Shown here: positions 48,552 through 61,157 of the stretch, piece after piece
Layout of the letters: each line of letters begins with the position of its first letter
Numbering within the stretch: the first letter of the stretch is position 1
Assembly (NCBI GenBank): GCA_048013815.1
Contig: CM106585.1
Span: 10,788,001-10,852,000 of the forward strand
Direction of reading: 5' to 3'
Source of the DNA: Setoptus koraiensis
Lineage: Eukaryota; Animalia; Arthropoda
DNA length: 64,000 nucleotides
Notes under the pieces: generated by a model
The model's input: only the letters and a program-made list of their open reading frames with translations
What the model was told of the DNA's origin: nothing
The model's database searches: none
Translations under genes and position numbers: made by a program

Positions 48552-51500
48552 TCAGAGAGAGTCTTTTTTGATATGATCTCTCTTCCATGTAAAATTATTA
48601 TAAATTTTCAATAGATATTCTAAATCATGTTCCTCGGTTATAATAAAATCATTAAATCCAGAATTCAATCTTAGAGCGCATTGTACACAATATAGTTTCT
48701 TATCCATACTTCTTGTAAGGAAAAGATTAAAAACTTCGAACTCGCATATCGAGCAATATTTCGACTGTGCAAGGCCGTCCTCCTTCTTGTGCGATAGTAT
48801 TTTTTTATCCGATTTCTTGATTAATTCTCTGACCATTCGACAGTATCGCAACGTCCGGAAGAGCACATGCTTCATGTCAGTGAATAAATTTTCATCGAAT
48901 ACTGTGGCAATATTGTTGGCAATATTCCATGTTACCTGAATCATAGGGATCAAGGATTTTCTAAATACTAACTTGTTCCATTCATACCTAAAGGCAGCAG
49001 ATTTATATTGTTTTGCACATAGGGGGCCAACTGACCAAGAAATATTATTGCACCAGCCGATAGCTTGAATCCAGTATATTGTTCCAGAATTTACCCAAAC
49101 GAGATCGCCTGGTCTTTGCAGAAATCTGTACACAGGAATGTCATTGGATAGTAAATCAGTCAATTTCGGCCACCATGAACCATCGATGAAATTGAGGCCA
49201 TTCTTCTCACATAGTTTGGCCATTTCGACAGAATATTCTTCAGGTACTGCGAACCACTCACAATCTCCCGGCCCAACATTTATGTTAACTCTACAAAGAT
49301 TACCTTCCTCTTGATGGCCCAATACTCTACATCCTGGAACTTTCATACTTAAATCTACTGTATTTACTCCAATTAAAATGTCACCTATATGACTCAAAAT
49401 GTTTGACGCAGATGAGCATTTTACAAAACTGGGTAATTTTGTTAGTTCATGTAGCTGAGGTCTCCAAATCTTCTCATCTGAAATATCAATCTTGCTAGCC
49501 GACCTTACAAGCTTGATTTTTAAATCCCGCTTCATCTTTTTTATGTTATTATTCTTATTCGTTGAGGCTTGTTGTTGTTGTTGCCCGGTATTTAGTTTTG
49601 TGCCTCCTTGTAGTGTTGACCCATTAGAATCAGTTTCTGATTCTCGATTCAAACCCTGCTTGCTCGATGCGCTACCATGATGGTTACTCTTCATCTCTTG
49701 TTCTTCTTGCAGAGACTCTCTAAAGGAAGCTGCTTGATAATTTGCATATCTCCCAATGGTTGTTTGTGAAACTCGATAATCGCTTCGCCAAACGGTTCTA
49801 TTTCTCTCCAAATTCCAATTTTCTTCTGGATGTTGAAATAAGTAAGTTTGAATTTCAATCGGGTGATCTGGGCCAGTTTCAACCAATGTTTTTGTAGAGA
49901 ACAAACCAAGGTCTAATTTCAAAACACTTGCCATGTTTCGAACAACAGTTATAGGATTTGTGAGACAAAGATCTCTCAATTTACAAGATAGAGCTTCCTT
50001 CTTACTTTCCAGCTACGAATGTAATATTTTGTTGGACAATTAGATACATTAGAGTCAGTGATAATTTTTCAACTATTTTTGAAGACGAATGAAGAATGAA
50101 AATTAAGAAATTTGTACTTACAAAAATACTCGGCGCTGGCGGGTTTAATTTATCTCTCTTGAGTGGCGGGTATGGTGCAGATATTCGACATGGTGGAGTC
50201 TCTTCATAAGATAATAAATTAATATCAATTTTTCTAGCCGGTGACAAGTTTTTGCATGATTCAATCACTTGTTCGGTAGTCATGTTAATCAGAAAATCAG
50301 GACTTAGTTGACTAGAGTTCTTGGAGCTTCCATAGTTTGGATTCTTCATCGGGAGAGATTGATCTGCGTACATGTGCTCTTGTTTCGTTATTTGATGTTG
50401 CGCTACTTGTTCTGATTTGTTCATAGATGTATTTATATTGTTAATACCATTATACATAACTAACCCATTGATGTTAGGATTTGGCTTGACATGGTTCGGT
50501 CCATTCTTCAGTGTTGCACCGCTCAACAAGGCAGCCGGTCTTGTCTGGGATACAAGTGGATTTTGACTGCTATAGTGAGACTGCTTGTCAGTTGGATGAT
50601 TGTTACCAACAGAGAGAGTCGGATCGTTTTTTGAGCGCTCAAGGTTCCAGAGATCTTCAAGGCCTATTAATCGATTGCTGACTTGAGTATCATTTGATGA
50701 GGCTTCTATAGACGTCAATTGCGACTGTAAGAATTTTATTCTGTCCTGAATGGGCCGGTCGACATTACTAGCATTGGAACGTTGTACATGTTGATAGCAT
50801 TTCAAAGCATCTTGGAATTGATTGTGATGTTCATATAGTGCACCCAAATTTGACCAAGCAATGGTGTGCGTTTTATCAAATTGGACGGACCTAATGTAGG
50901 CTTGTAGTGCGTCATTGGGCTGATTCTGTTGATGGTATAAAACTCCCAAGGAGCACCATGTATCAGCGGTGGATTCTTCTTTGTCAACGGCGCTCCTATA
51001 TGACGCAAATGCATCACGATATTTACCCATACTAGTAAGACATCGTCCAAGATAATAAGATGTTTTGCTATCGCAATTGGCCTTATAGGATAGTTCAAGA
51101 TATGACAGTGCACTTTCTAATTTACCTTGCTGCATATGAACAATCTGTTGTTTATTATGATTATTCAGAGAGTTCTGAGGTGGTGCCAGTGTCTCATCAC
51201 TATAATGCATATAGCCAAGTTGTCGATGTATAATAGCACTAAGTGTTTGAGTAATGCCATCTTCAAGTAGTAATTTTTCATATGCCTCCTCTGCTTGTCT
51301 AAATTTACCTCTAATTTCCAATAAATGTGCAAGGTGGAATTTTATATCTAATGAACTAAAATTGCATGGCCTATGGTCGTGCAAGGCAATATGAAAATGC
51401 TTTGCTGAAAGATCAAAGTCTTTCAAAGTCTTAAATATTAGACCTAGGCGGGCGTGTACATCGTTGGATCGTTCAAAGTTTGGCTCGACATATAAAGTCT

Positions 51501-51774
51501 GTCTAAATGCTTTTATAGACCAATCATATGCATTAAAATACATATATAAAAGTCCTAGGCCGTAGGTGATTGGCACATGGTTCCATGGTTCTTTTAAACA
51601 CGAATAGTGTTGTTGATATGCCTGCAAGGCGCTAGTGGCTAGCGCCTCGTTGTTAGTTAGTTCGATATCTTTTAAGAGCTCTTCTATTGCTTTGTAATCA
51701 TTATAGAGTCCATCGTTGAAGAATTTTACTAATCTGTTGCTATGACCCTTGTTATCAAAGGAGTTTTTTTCCAT
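48552..51774 (-). CDS. KDM6A: UTX/KDM6A-family protein (TPR + JmjC + Zn domain), 2 exons, 1,037 aa
   Basis: complement(join(48552..50012,50122..51774)) with a phase-0 GTAAGT…TAG intron at 50013-50121. TPRs, LKLDLGLFSTKTLVE, GHQE, NINVGPGDCEWF and CxxC…CxxC are present. Confidence 0.95.
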
Positions 51775-52701
51775 CTATTGCTTGTTCTAATGAAAAATCT
51801 CAAGTCTAAATCAAATTCGAATATAGTTGTGTCATTCATCTGTTAGTTATTGATTCATTGTTCCACAAAACCATTCCACAACTAAATGATGATGCTATTG
51901 ATAAATTTCTCATGGAAAAGCTGTGCCATGGATAATAATAATGTCTGGTATAATATTTATGAACAGTTATTTTTTACAGATGCATCATGGTATTAGTAAA
52001 TTAATATATTAGTATATAATATCAAAATATAATAAATTAACGTTGTTTATATTCATTGTCTTATTTTCAATAAAATGACATCTGAATTTAAGTTTGGCGT
52101 TTTTGTGTATATTCGCCCGCACGAGTGCTGGTAAAATTCTCACATTGTGGTAAGCTATTCAGATCTAGGGGACTTTTGCATCTTGATTTGGCGCCAGATT
52201 CAAACGCTTTTTTGTCGAAATTCACTGGAAATACATTTTTTTTTCTATTGATCTCATTATTTGTAGCAATATTATTTGAGACATTTACGATCTACAAAAT
52301 CTATTACATAACGGGTCATATTTAACTATACAGGATTTATGTTAATTAATAATCAATATAATGAATGAGAACAAAAACAAACAAAAAATATCGCGCCACA
52401 TTATAAGAATACTCTGAATGCAGATGCGCTTCTTGTATTAACCCCTGTTTTCATCACAATGTTTATGGACATGTATTGAAGGGTGCTACTATTGTTCATC
52501 TCTCATCGTTTTTGCATATTATAACCAATATTGTCGAGCTTGTTGACCTGAATTGGGCACCATATTTTATATAAGATAGTCCCAATAATTTATTAGTATC
52601 AGATAGCTAAAATTAATCGATCACCTATTATTTCAAGACAACCACTGATTTATTCAGGGGGGACTCAATTTTCATATCACGGTCTGTGTGTCACTGGCAA
52701 A

Positions 52702-53988
52702 ATGGATTTGATATACAGTGTGGAGAAGGATGTTGACAAGGTTTTAGATCTATTTGAGTCGTACAGGAACACGTCCAACAATACCATAGATGAACTGATC
52801 AAAACTATAGAGAAGTCTCGGTCCGATCTGTTGGAAAGTATTCGTAAGTAGTATACTTACAGTCATTAGGCTCTAGTCTGTATCATGCTCTATCACAAAA
52901 AAATAACCATATTATTTAAATTCTTGTTCAATAAAACATCAGCTCCTAGTCAGACAGAATTTACAGCCCAGCAAGCCTCTACCATCCAAAAGACAATCAA
53001 TCACATCCGTCAGACTTGCACTAAGCTTGTCAATGCTCATAGAGATGTTCATGCCTCGGTGGGGAAGATTGGCAAGGCAATCGATAAGAATTTCGTTGCG
53101 GATTTCGCTTGTTTTGCTGAGATAGGATTGCTGGAATCACCTAAAAATGTGAATTTGCTCAACCAAGTCATCGTTGAGCATTTTTTGCGCCATGGAATGA
53201 TGGATATAGCTGAAGAAATGATCAAGGAAGCAAACATGAACTATGGTGACAATCAGAAAGCTCGATTCACTGAAATCAATGTTATATTAGAATCTTTGAA
53301 ACGGAGGGAATTAACTCTTGTCCTCGAATGGTCAACACGATGGAAAGAGCTTCTAGATAAACAAAACAGCTGTCTAGAATTTAAAATTCATCGTCTAGCA
53401 TTGATACAGTTATTAGAGCAAGGAGTCAGCAAGCAGGATGAAATCATACAGTATGCTAGAAGAAATATGCAAAATTTAGGTAAGAAGTACGAACGTGAAA
53501 TACAACATCTTATGGGTAGCTTGTTATATCTCAAGACAGGAATAAACAAATCGCCTTATTGTTATTTACTAGACCCAATAAATTGGGACGAGCTACGGGA
53601 CATATTCATCCGGGACGCTTGCGCTTTATTGGGCTTAAGTGTTGATAGTCCCTTATCCATAACGATAGATGCTGGTTGTGTGGCATTACCAGCTTTGCTC
53701 AACATAAACCAGATGATGCTTAAGCAAAAAGTACAAAATGTTTGGCAGTCCAGAGATGAACTACCAGTGGAGATTGATCTGGGACGTAAATTGCATTTCC
53801 ATTCAACATTTGCTTGTCCAATATTACGCCAGCAGAGTACTGAAAACAATCCACCTATGCGACTTGTTTGTGGTCATGTGATTAGCAAAGAAGCATTAGA
53901 TAAGCTTGCAACAAACAATGGAAAACTTAAATGCCCGTACTGTCCACAAGAGACAGTTATTGCTGAAGCTAGGCTAATACACTTTTGA
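52702..53988 (+). CDS. RMND5A: RMND5/GID2 subunit of the CTLH E3 ligase, 2 exons, 395 aa
   Basis: join(52702..52843,52943..53988) with a phase-1 GTAAGT…CAG intron. N-terminus MDLIYSVEKDVDKVL, GKAIDKNF, LisH/CTLH, and RING FACPILRQQ…CGHVIS…KCPYCP. Confidence 0.92.
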
Positions 53989-53996
53989 ATCACAAA

Positions 53997-54287
53997 TCAA
54001 TATATATGTAAATCTATAAACTTATATAGGAGACCATAGACAAAAGTCTTGTCAAGTTCAAACCCATCTAATAAATGACTTTCCACACGAAATTTTCTGA
54101 AAATTTCAATTATGTCGTTCTTCTCCCTACCGCTATATTCAATCCAAGCTTGAAAAGTAGATCTCAGGACATACTGCGTTCTTTCCAATAGCAAAACCAA
54201 TTGTTGTGTCCATGTACTTTTCGAAGTTATCCAGATTGAATCAAAATTTGATCTGAGCCTTGATATCACTTCGAAGATTGAGCGACA
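53997..54287 (-). other. ATG-less 96-codon open frame with protein-like composition (orphan exon or gene relic)
   Basis: CRSIFEVISRLRSNFDSIW…KFIDLHIY*. Its stop lies 8 nt from the RMND5 stop. No start codon or clear acceptor. Confidence 0.25.
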
Positions 54288-54542
54288 TCAATGGTCAGAA
54301 TAGATAATATTATGAGTAGACGGGAACTTGATTAAAATCATAGAGTTGTTTCAATGCAAACTATTGACTCATTCTATAAGAATCTACACCATGGAAAGGT
54401 TCTTTAGGTAAACAAAAGAAGTTGCATATAGTTCAAGAATTCGAAACATACTTTTCAACTTTGACAAAAATATCAGAACGACAAGGGTATAAACAATTGG
54501 TTTCCATATAATGGCACATAGATGTTAATATAGATCTTTAAT

Positions 54543-56981
54543 TTATTTGTCGCTTTTATCACTTTCAACAAGCTGCTCAAGCGCTTCGGAGGCCTCACCA
54601 ATCTGAGATGATCTAAAAGATTGCAACTTCGCTTGCTGTTGTTGTTGATGCTGCTGTTGCTGAGGGTGATTTGATGATGAAGCTATCTGATGAGATTGAG
54701 ATGTATTTGGGCCATGATCCATGATGTGCTGACCAAACTTAGAAGAAGAAGATATTACCTGGCGCTGATGATGCTGATTAGATGATGTTGGTTTACTCAA
54801 GTTGCCGGTGCTGTTGTTGATGCCGGTGCTCTTTTGGCGTAGATAGTAATTTTGTTGCAAATCTAACTGATTATTGCTCGCTGAAGTCATTTGGCCGGGA
54901 TGAGACATTGCAAAAGGGGGATTCATCACTAATATTGGAAAGGATTGAAGATGTAACTGCTGTTGAGGCTGCAACGCAGTAACAAACTGTTGTTGCTGGG
55001 GGTGATGTGTGTTTGAGTAAGGATGAGATATTATTTGATTATTTGGAATATTAACAATATTTGGGTATTCAAAGCCTTTTTGTGAAATCCTGATCATGTT
55101 ATTAGCAACACCAGTTACTGCGCAAGGAAAACTAGATGATTGATTAATTACAGTTGGATTTCCTGAGGAAGTTGTCGAGGAAGTCGCGGATGAAATCCTC
55201 GCTATTTGGTCTAACAAACTAGATAATTCATCGTCATCTGAAATAGTGGCTCTACTATACTCTCCTCCGCTATCGTCTGATAAAACAAATGCACCATTAC
55301 CGTTAACTCTATCACCTTTGAAAATTTGCATCTGATGATTGCTCTGTTGATGACGATGATTCGCCGCCATGGGGTTACTATCACAAACACCTAAGGTGTA
55401 TTTGTTTTGAAGTTGATTGTGGGTCAACAATTGGTGATTAGATTGTATCGTTGTCGATTGAAGATGTCGATAGGAATCATTAGAGGTGATAGGATTGCTA
55501 GCTGGAACTGCTTGAAGGGGATAACTACCAATGTTATTCGAATTTGATCTATTGTTGTTGATTTGCTGTTGCTGCATTAAAGACTGATTGTTTGATATTA
55601 TATTGGGACTTGGTTGGAATAGTTTAGAGCGAGAGGGTCGAAATAGGAATGTCTGACTTCTATCATTCATGTTAACACTATCTGGATTGACTATTTTCGG
55701 ATTATTGCCAGATGATACATTAGATTGTTGTTGCTGACGATTGTTGACACCAGCAGTACCAAGGTTACTACTACTATTATTGCCGTTGTTACTTGAATTG
55801 TGGGCTTGGTTGTTTGATGCAGAACCGGAAAATCTATGCGAGTATTGCACCGATGAGAATGGCCTTAGCGAAGAGGTATGATAGTTACTACTATCTGCCT
55901 GATTGGTGCTAATGAAATTTGTCGAAGATGAGAAAGGGGGCTGTAAGTTGACTATGGGTTGAGGCATAGCCATGGTGTGGCCATTTGCAGGCACATATGG
56001 ATAATAAAACTGTTGGGGTGCTTGTAGTTGTTGTTGTTGTTGTTGCTGTTGTTGTTGTTGTTGGTCGTAGTAATTGGATGGGTTTAAGATCCTATTTTGT
56101 TTTGAGTTATTATTAATATAGACTGCTAAAGATCTCTTGTGATAATCAGCAATCTGGTCCTCGGATAGATTAGGGTAGGCATAATGATGTAACAATTCTT
56201 GCTGGTGATTAGACTTGTCATTATTTAAGTTATTGTGTTGCAGTATTTGACTATTGTTTGATAGTAGTATATCACTATTGATTGTTGCAATACCGTCCAA
56301 ACTATTACAGACTGTATCACGCAACTCTTTGAATTGTCTCTCAAGGCAGTTCAATTTGGCTATGCATTGAGCCTGCTGACGGAGAATGAATGAAGTTTCA
56401 ACGGAAAAGCAGGCATCATTAGAGGATATTGATATGCTCTCCTCATCTTCATCATCTCTATCTTCATCTCTAGATTGGTCATCTTCTTGATCGCCAATTC
56501 TGTTGCTTGCATTTAAACTACGACCCCCAGCAACAGGTACTAGAGGCAATGGGGGTGGTGGCGAAAAATGTGAGTTTGTAACAGTTCTTTGGGGTCCGTT
56601 TGTGTTGAGTTGATCATCATCTTGGTAATTATCGAAGGCAGTTCTACCATTTAGCAAGGTATCTGGTGGAAATTGTTGTCGCTTTGCGAGATCTGACCTA
56701 GTAGTCAAGCTTTTGATATTACTATTAATATTGGAACTACTTTCCTCCTGACTACTACCCCTGACTGATGTCGAGTGCATATTAGCAGATTGAGATAACT
56801 GCCTCAAGACAGAATTTTGTCGTTGACTCGAAGCAGCATGACTTTTACTGCAACTGGGAGATGAACTATGTCTTGAAGAATTTTGTGGTATACTTTTGGA
56901 ATCCAATGTTTGCTCTTGGTTAGACCTATTTGTATTTATAATATTATCACTCGACTTCTCTCCAGTCGCCCCGTGGTTCAT
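54543..56981 (-). CDS. Uncharacterised 812-aa S/N/Q-rich protein with a short coiled coil
   Basis: 2.4-kb ORF starting at ATG; coiled-coil-like FILRQQAQCIAKLNCLERQFKELRDTV. An AG 10 nt upstream of the ATG could indicate an upstream exon. Confidence 0.75.
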   Translation of the reverse strand: MNHGATGEKSSDNIINTNRSNQEQTLDSKSIPQNSSRHSSSPSCSKSHAASSQRQNSVLRQLSQSANMHSTSVRGSSQEESSSNINSNIKSLTTRSDLAKRQQFPPDTLLNGRTAFDNYQDDDQLNTNGPQRTVTNSHFSPPPPLPLVPVAGGRSLNASNRIGDQEDDQSRDEDRDDEDEESISISSNDACFSVETSFILRQQAQCIAKLNCLERQFKELRDTVCNSLDGIATINSDILLSNNSQILQHNNLNNDKSNHQQELLHHYAYPNLSEDQIADYHKRSLAVYINNNSKQNRILNPSNYYDQQQQQQQQQQQQLQAPQQFYYPYVPANGHTMAMPQPIVNLQPPFSSSTNFISTNQADSSNYHTSSLRPFSSVQYSHRFSGSASNNQAHNSSNNGNNSSSNLGTAGVNNRQQQQSNVSSGNNPKIVNPDSVNMNDRSQTFLFRPSRSKLFQPSPNIISNNQSLMQQQQINNNRSNSNNIGSYPLQAVPASNPITSNDSYRHLQSTTIQSNHQLLTHNQLQNKYTLGVCDSNPMAANHRHQQSNHQMQIFKGDRVNGNGAFVLSDDSGGEYSRATISDDDELSSLLDQIARISSATSSTTSSGNPTVINQSSSFPCAVTGVANNMIRISQKGFEYPNIVNIPNNQIISHPYSNTHHPQQQQFVTALQPQQQLHLQSFPILVMNPPFAMSHPGQMTSASNNQLDLQQNYYLRQKSTGINNSTGNLSKPTSSNQHHQRQVISSSSKFGQHIMDHGPNTSQSHQIASSSNHPQQQQHQQQQQAKLQSFRSSQIGEASEALEQLVESDKSDK

Positions 56982-57087
56982 ATTGGTGAGACTATAGACT
57001 GTTTCTCACTGAACACTACTTCCAGTATAGATTATAGGTATATATTGCATTTGTGTTACGATGACTATCTATAAATATCTAAATATG

Positions 57088-57125
57088 TATATATATATAT
57101 TTATATATATATATATATATATATA
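57088..57125 (+). repeat. (TA)n microsatellite
   Basis: Direct inspection. Confidence 0.9.
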
Positions 57126-60100
57126 CATATATGTGGAATATGTAGAATTCCTATCGTTTAGTAGAAGTGAATGATGATGGGCAGTTACATTCTAATAATA
57201 TAGCTCATGTACCATACAGCCCATATAGTTTTGTTGTTGTTACAGCTGTAGTCGGATTGCATCTGCCGTAAATGCGTTCGGTTCAGTTCTGTGTATATGA
57301 TATAGTGACGCAATCAATCGTCAACTTGAAATTAAATTGCCGTGAAACCTTCCTTCTCTCTGCTCGGTTGTTTGTCAATATAATGCCACATCGAATGTTG
57401 TCGTTTAATGCTGTTAATTTTGTTTTGTTGTATTAATATTATGACAATTGTTTCATTATTACTTGATACACTTCTTCGGTGCAAGAGTATACCAGATTAT
57501 GTTCTAGTTTTCTTTACTCTTGGAGTGTGACTCTTCATATACTATTAATTTGCCTCCATAGATTGTGAACGAGATAGAGTTATCATTATAATTCGCTGTA
57601 AATCCCTTCAAGCGAATGGTCAACGTCGATGAATTCTTTGTCTATCTGGCCCAGATTAGTTTTTACTAAGATGATTTGATTAATGAGCTCATGTCTTTCT
57701 CAGTATCCAATCTCTACTATCAATACTTCGCCCACAGTAAATTGATGCTTCTAGTCCTTGATGGACATCTCCTGCTTGAATAAAATTATAGTGCTGAAGA
57801 AAAAGAAGAATGATAAAGATAATAACATTAGAAACCAGAAGTCAAGATTGTAGCAAATGAGTCTATAGAAAATGTAAACAGAGGTCTTCCTAAGTTTCAG
57901 CCTCAAAACAATTGATAGACTTGTTGCTCAAATAATTTAACATGATCATTGACTTGTTAGAGGATAATCGTGGATTGTTGAAGTCTCGTGTTTTATCAAC
58001 GAAACTGTTTTTGCTGATTTTATCCGGGCCAACAAATAGTGAGCCACCTGCAAACCAAAATGAATCATTCATCTGTCATAGCCGCTCAGATGGAAGATGT
58101 CGCTGTTGTGAACGATCATAATCACAATAAGTCGACTGTCGTATATCAACATTAACATCTCAATTCAGATCTATCTCTCACAATATCAAAGTCAATCTCT
58201 ATCTATACTGAGAGTGCTTATTTGTTAATATTTTCACAATAGATTGATGCTGCTTCATTTGGGAATATACTATTACTATTAGAATTTTAAACATCCAACA
58301 ATAAATATGTTGATGTAAGATTTTCATCCTATCGTTAAATTGTTCCGCTATAGTTAATCACTTGTAGAATTTACATTGACTTACATGTACTATTCTCATT
58401 TATAGTGATATCATAGGTGATGTTGGTTTTTCATGATACCCTCAACAACTACAATTTAGATAGATTCACGAAGCGATTTTGGTATTATTGTTTTGACAAT
58501 ATTGAAACTTACGTTCTAACGTTGTTTTGAGGATAAACTGTAGTGTGTGTCGGTTTTCGTCGCAATTGGTTACTAATAGCAACTATGACTATGTATTTAT
58601 CATAAATTTCAGTCCAACGTTAGGCGGATATTTATATTTGTGGTCGGCAAGCTTGAGGGCACTTATCTCCAAATTCACTGGCAGATTTCAGCTGTGGTTG
58701 TTTGTTGGAAGGTATCAATGATGCTTATGGTGTGTGTGTGTTCTAAAAATAAATTATAATAATATTTCGAACTGAAAGTGGTTAGTATCTTGCGTTGATA
58801 TCTTCTACTAACTGTTCGACTTGTGCTTCAACATACAAAACTGCACAATTGATTATCTTTGCTCTGTCTATATCAAAGAATATCGTGTTGAATATCGTTT
58901 TCGTTGAATAGACGTGGCGGGTCTAATGAGGCCCCTTGATTGTCAATCGAGTGTGTAAGTGACGATAAAGGTCAATCGTTCTGCTCTTCTAAGGCATTAC
59001 TAGCATAACATTAGCATTAGCTAGAGAGTGTCTACATGTTTCCTGGTAGGTTGCTTGACTGAGAGTTTATTGAGCTTTGTGTCCTTGGGGTTGTTGTTGA
59101 TGGTTGGTGAATGGTTTTTTGGTGATGTAAGGCAAGCAAGTATGGATGTACATGGTGGTACATCGGTGTCTTTGTGTTTCGTTGTTTGCATCTTGATTTT
59201 TATTACAGGATGGACATGGTTTCATATCTAGTGTTTGTTTTCTTTTTCTGTCTAATATTAGGCCGTGTTTGTTGCTAGGTTACTAAGGTGGATTCTTATT
59301 TCATGATGACGATTATATGAGAATAGGTGAGACGGTATGATCTGTATTAAGGCCTTCAGAGTGTGTACTGATAATAGTAATAATTACGTGGTTTTAGTTG
59401 GGGTCGATCAGAGGCATCCTGTTGAACAAAATTAAGTAATAATGTTCCGTGTAATATTAATTGTGACTACACCAATAATGTGGTGATAATAATAATATTG
59501 GAATGTTTATAATAATAGATGGATTGGTAATAATTGACCGATTGTATTAATTGACTGATTATAATACTTGCGTCGAGGTCAGGCATCGTGTTCCACAATT
59601 GATATCATCTTAGCAATAGTGAAATAATAATAATAATATTGATAATATTGATAATATTTAATAATAGCAGTAACAAAGAATTGGAGAGATCTTGATGTTA
59701 TAGATAATTGATTGGTTGTATAATTTGTGATGGGTATGTATTTTTCTAAATAGTTCTAAATGGGTTTCGATTGTTCTATGAGGAATAATAATAATAATAA
59801 ACGAAAACAGTTGATGCTAGCCGAGACTGGCTTCGTTGTTATTATTATCTCTCTCTCTCTTTCGCTCTGACTGTCTGTTTCTCTGTGTGTTGTCGTCGTA
59901 GCTGGGTTGGTCCACCGACAACGGCACACAACGATTGAGTTCAGTTTCTGTTTCTGTTGTTGCTGGCGCCGCTCACTGGCGTTGCTACTCTAGTTTAAAG
60001 TCTTGGTGGTTGTTGTAAGACGCAAGGTGGTGGTAGCTGAAATCAATGTGAGGGTGATACTCAACAACAGCAACAACAGCAACAACGGCAACAACAACAG

Positions 60101-61122
60101 CAACGGCAACTACCAAGATCGTAGCTAACTAGATTGTTGCTGATTGCTCGCTTCGTTGCCCGTCTACCTGCAGTCTAACTGCCTATCTACCTGCCTGTTG
60201 AAAATTATAGCGGCCGCCTCGCTGCGTTCTCTCCAAATACTATGCCACTGTTACTGCCAATACAACAACTAGCAAGCTAGCATATAAGAATTATTCCATA
60301 CATACAGGCCATACCAATGTAATGCTTGTAATACTAATAATAAATGACAACAGCAACAATAAGACTGCTAGCCCGACACAACAATTGTTGTGTGTGTGTG
60401 TGTGTGCTGATGAAATCACTCAATCTATACGACTGCTATCTATCATCATGATCTCTGTAAACCAATTCTCTGTATCTCTCTCAATTGTGTTCCCTCTCTC
60501 CGTTTCGATCGATAGTCGTAGTGTAGCCGTCGCTGTTCCTGCAGTTGCAGCAACTGCCGCTGCTCTTGCTAATGCATATTTCCATTAGGATCTCAACAAC
60601 AGCAGCAACAACGGCAGCGACAACAGCAACGGCAGCGACGACAACGCCAACGACGACAACAGCAACGACAACAACAACAACAACAGCGACAACAACATGG
60701 CCAGCATGAACGGATCAGTGTAACGTAGCAATTCTCTATACACGCCAGCCAGTGTCGTAAGAGTGGTGGTGGCAGTCGATCATTCAGTAGTGAACAGGTA
60801 GCAACCATGGAATGAGGACAGTGAAAAAACACACTCTCTCGTTCTCTCGTTCACTTGTTCGCAGTCGATGTGTTATTGTCGCCGAGCACACGGCACTTCT
60901 TGGGGATACACCTGTCAGTGAGTCACTGGTGGCACGGTGTCCACTGGCTGGCCATTGTTGCTAATCACTTTTGGAGCTTTTGCTCAAATTGCTTTCTGGG
61001 CACCCTGGATTTATGTTGCATATAGTTCGTGGGACAGCGCCAGCCACAACATTTGTGGCGACAACACCAGCAGCAACATCAACAACAAACAACAACGACA
61101 ACAGCAGCAGCAGCAACAACAA

Positions 61123-61157
<35 letters not shown>

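Noticed and set aside
52125-52325. Small membrane-protein-like ORF in the UTX/RMND5 divergent promoter
   Set aside because: It has no ATG (GTG start), and the hydrophobicity comes from a T-run.
54140-54290. In-frame TGA (IKF*FNLDNF) as a possible selenocysteine codon
   Set aside because: No redox motif, no recognisable SECIS element and no selenoprotein family resemblance.
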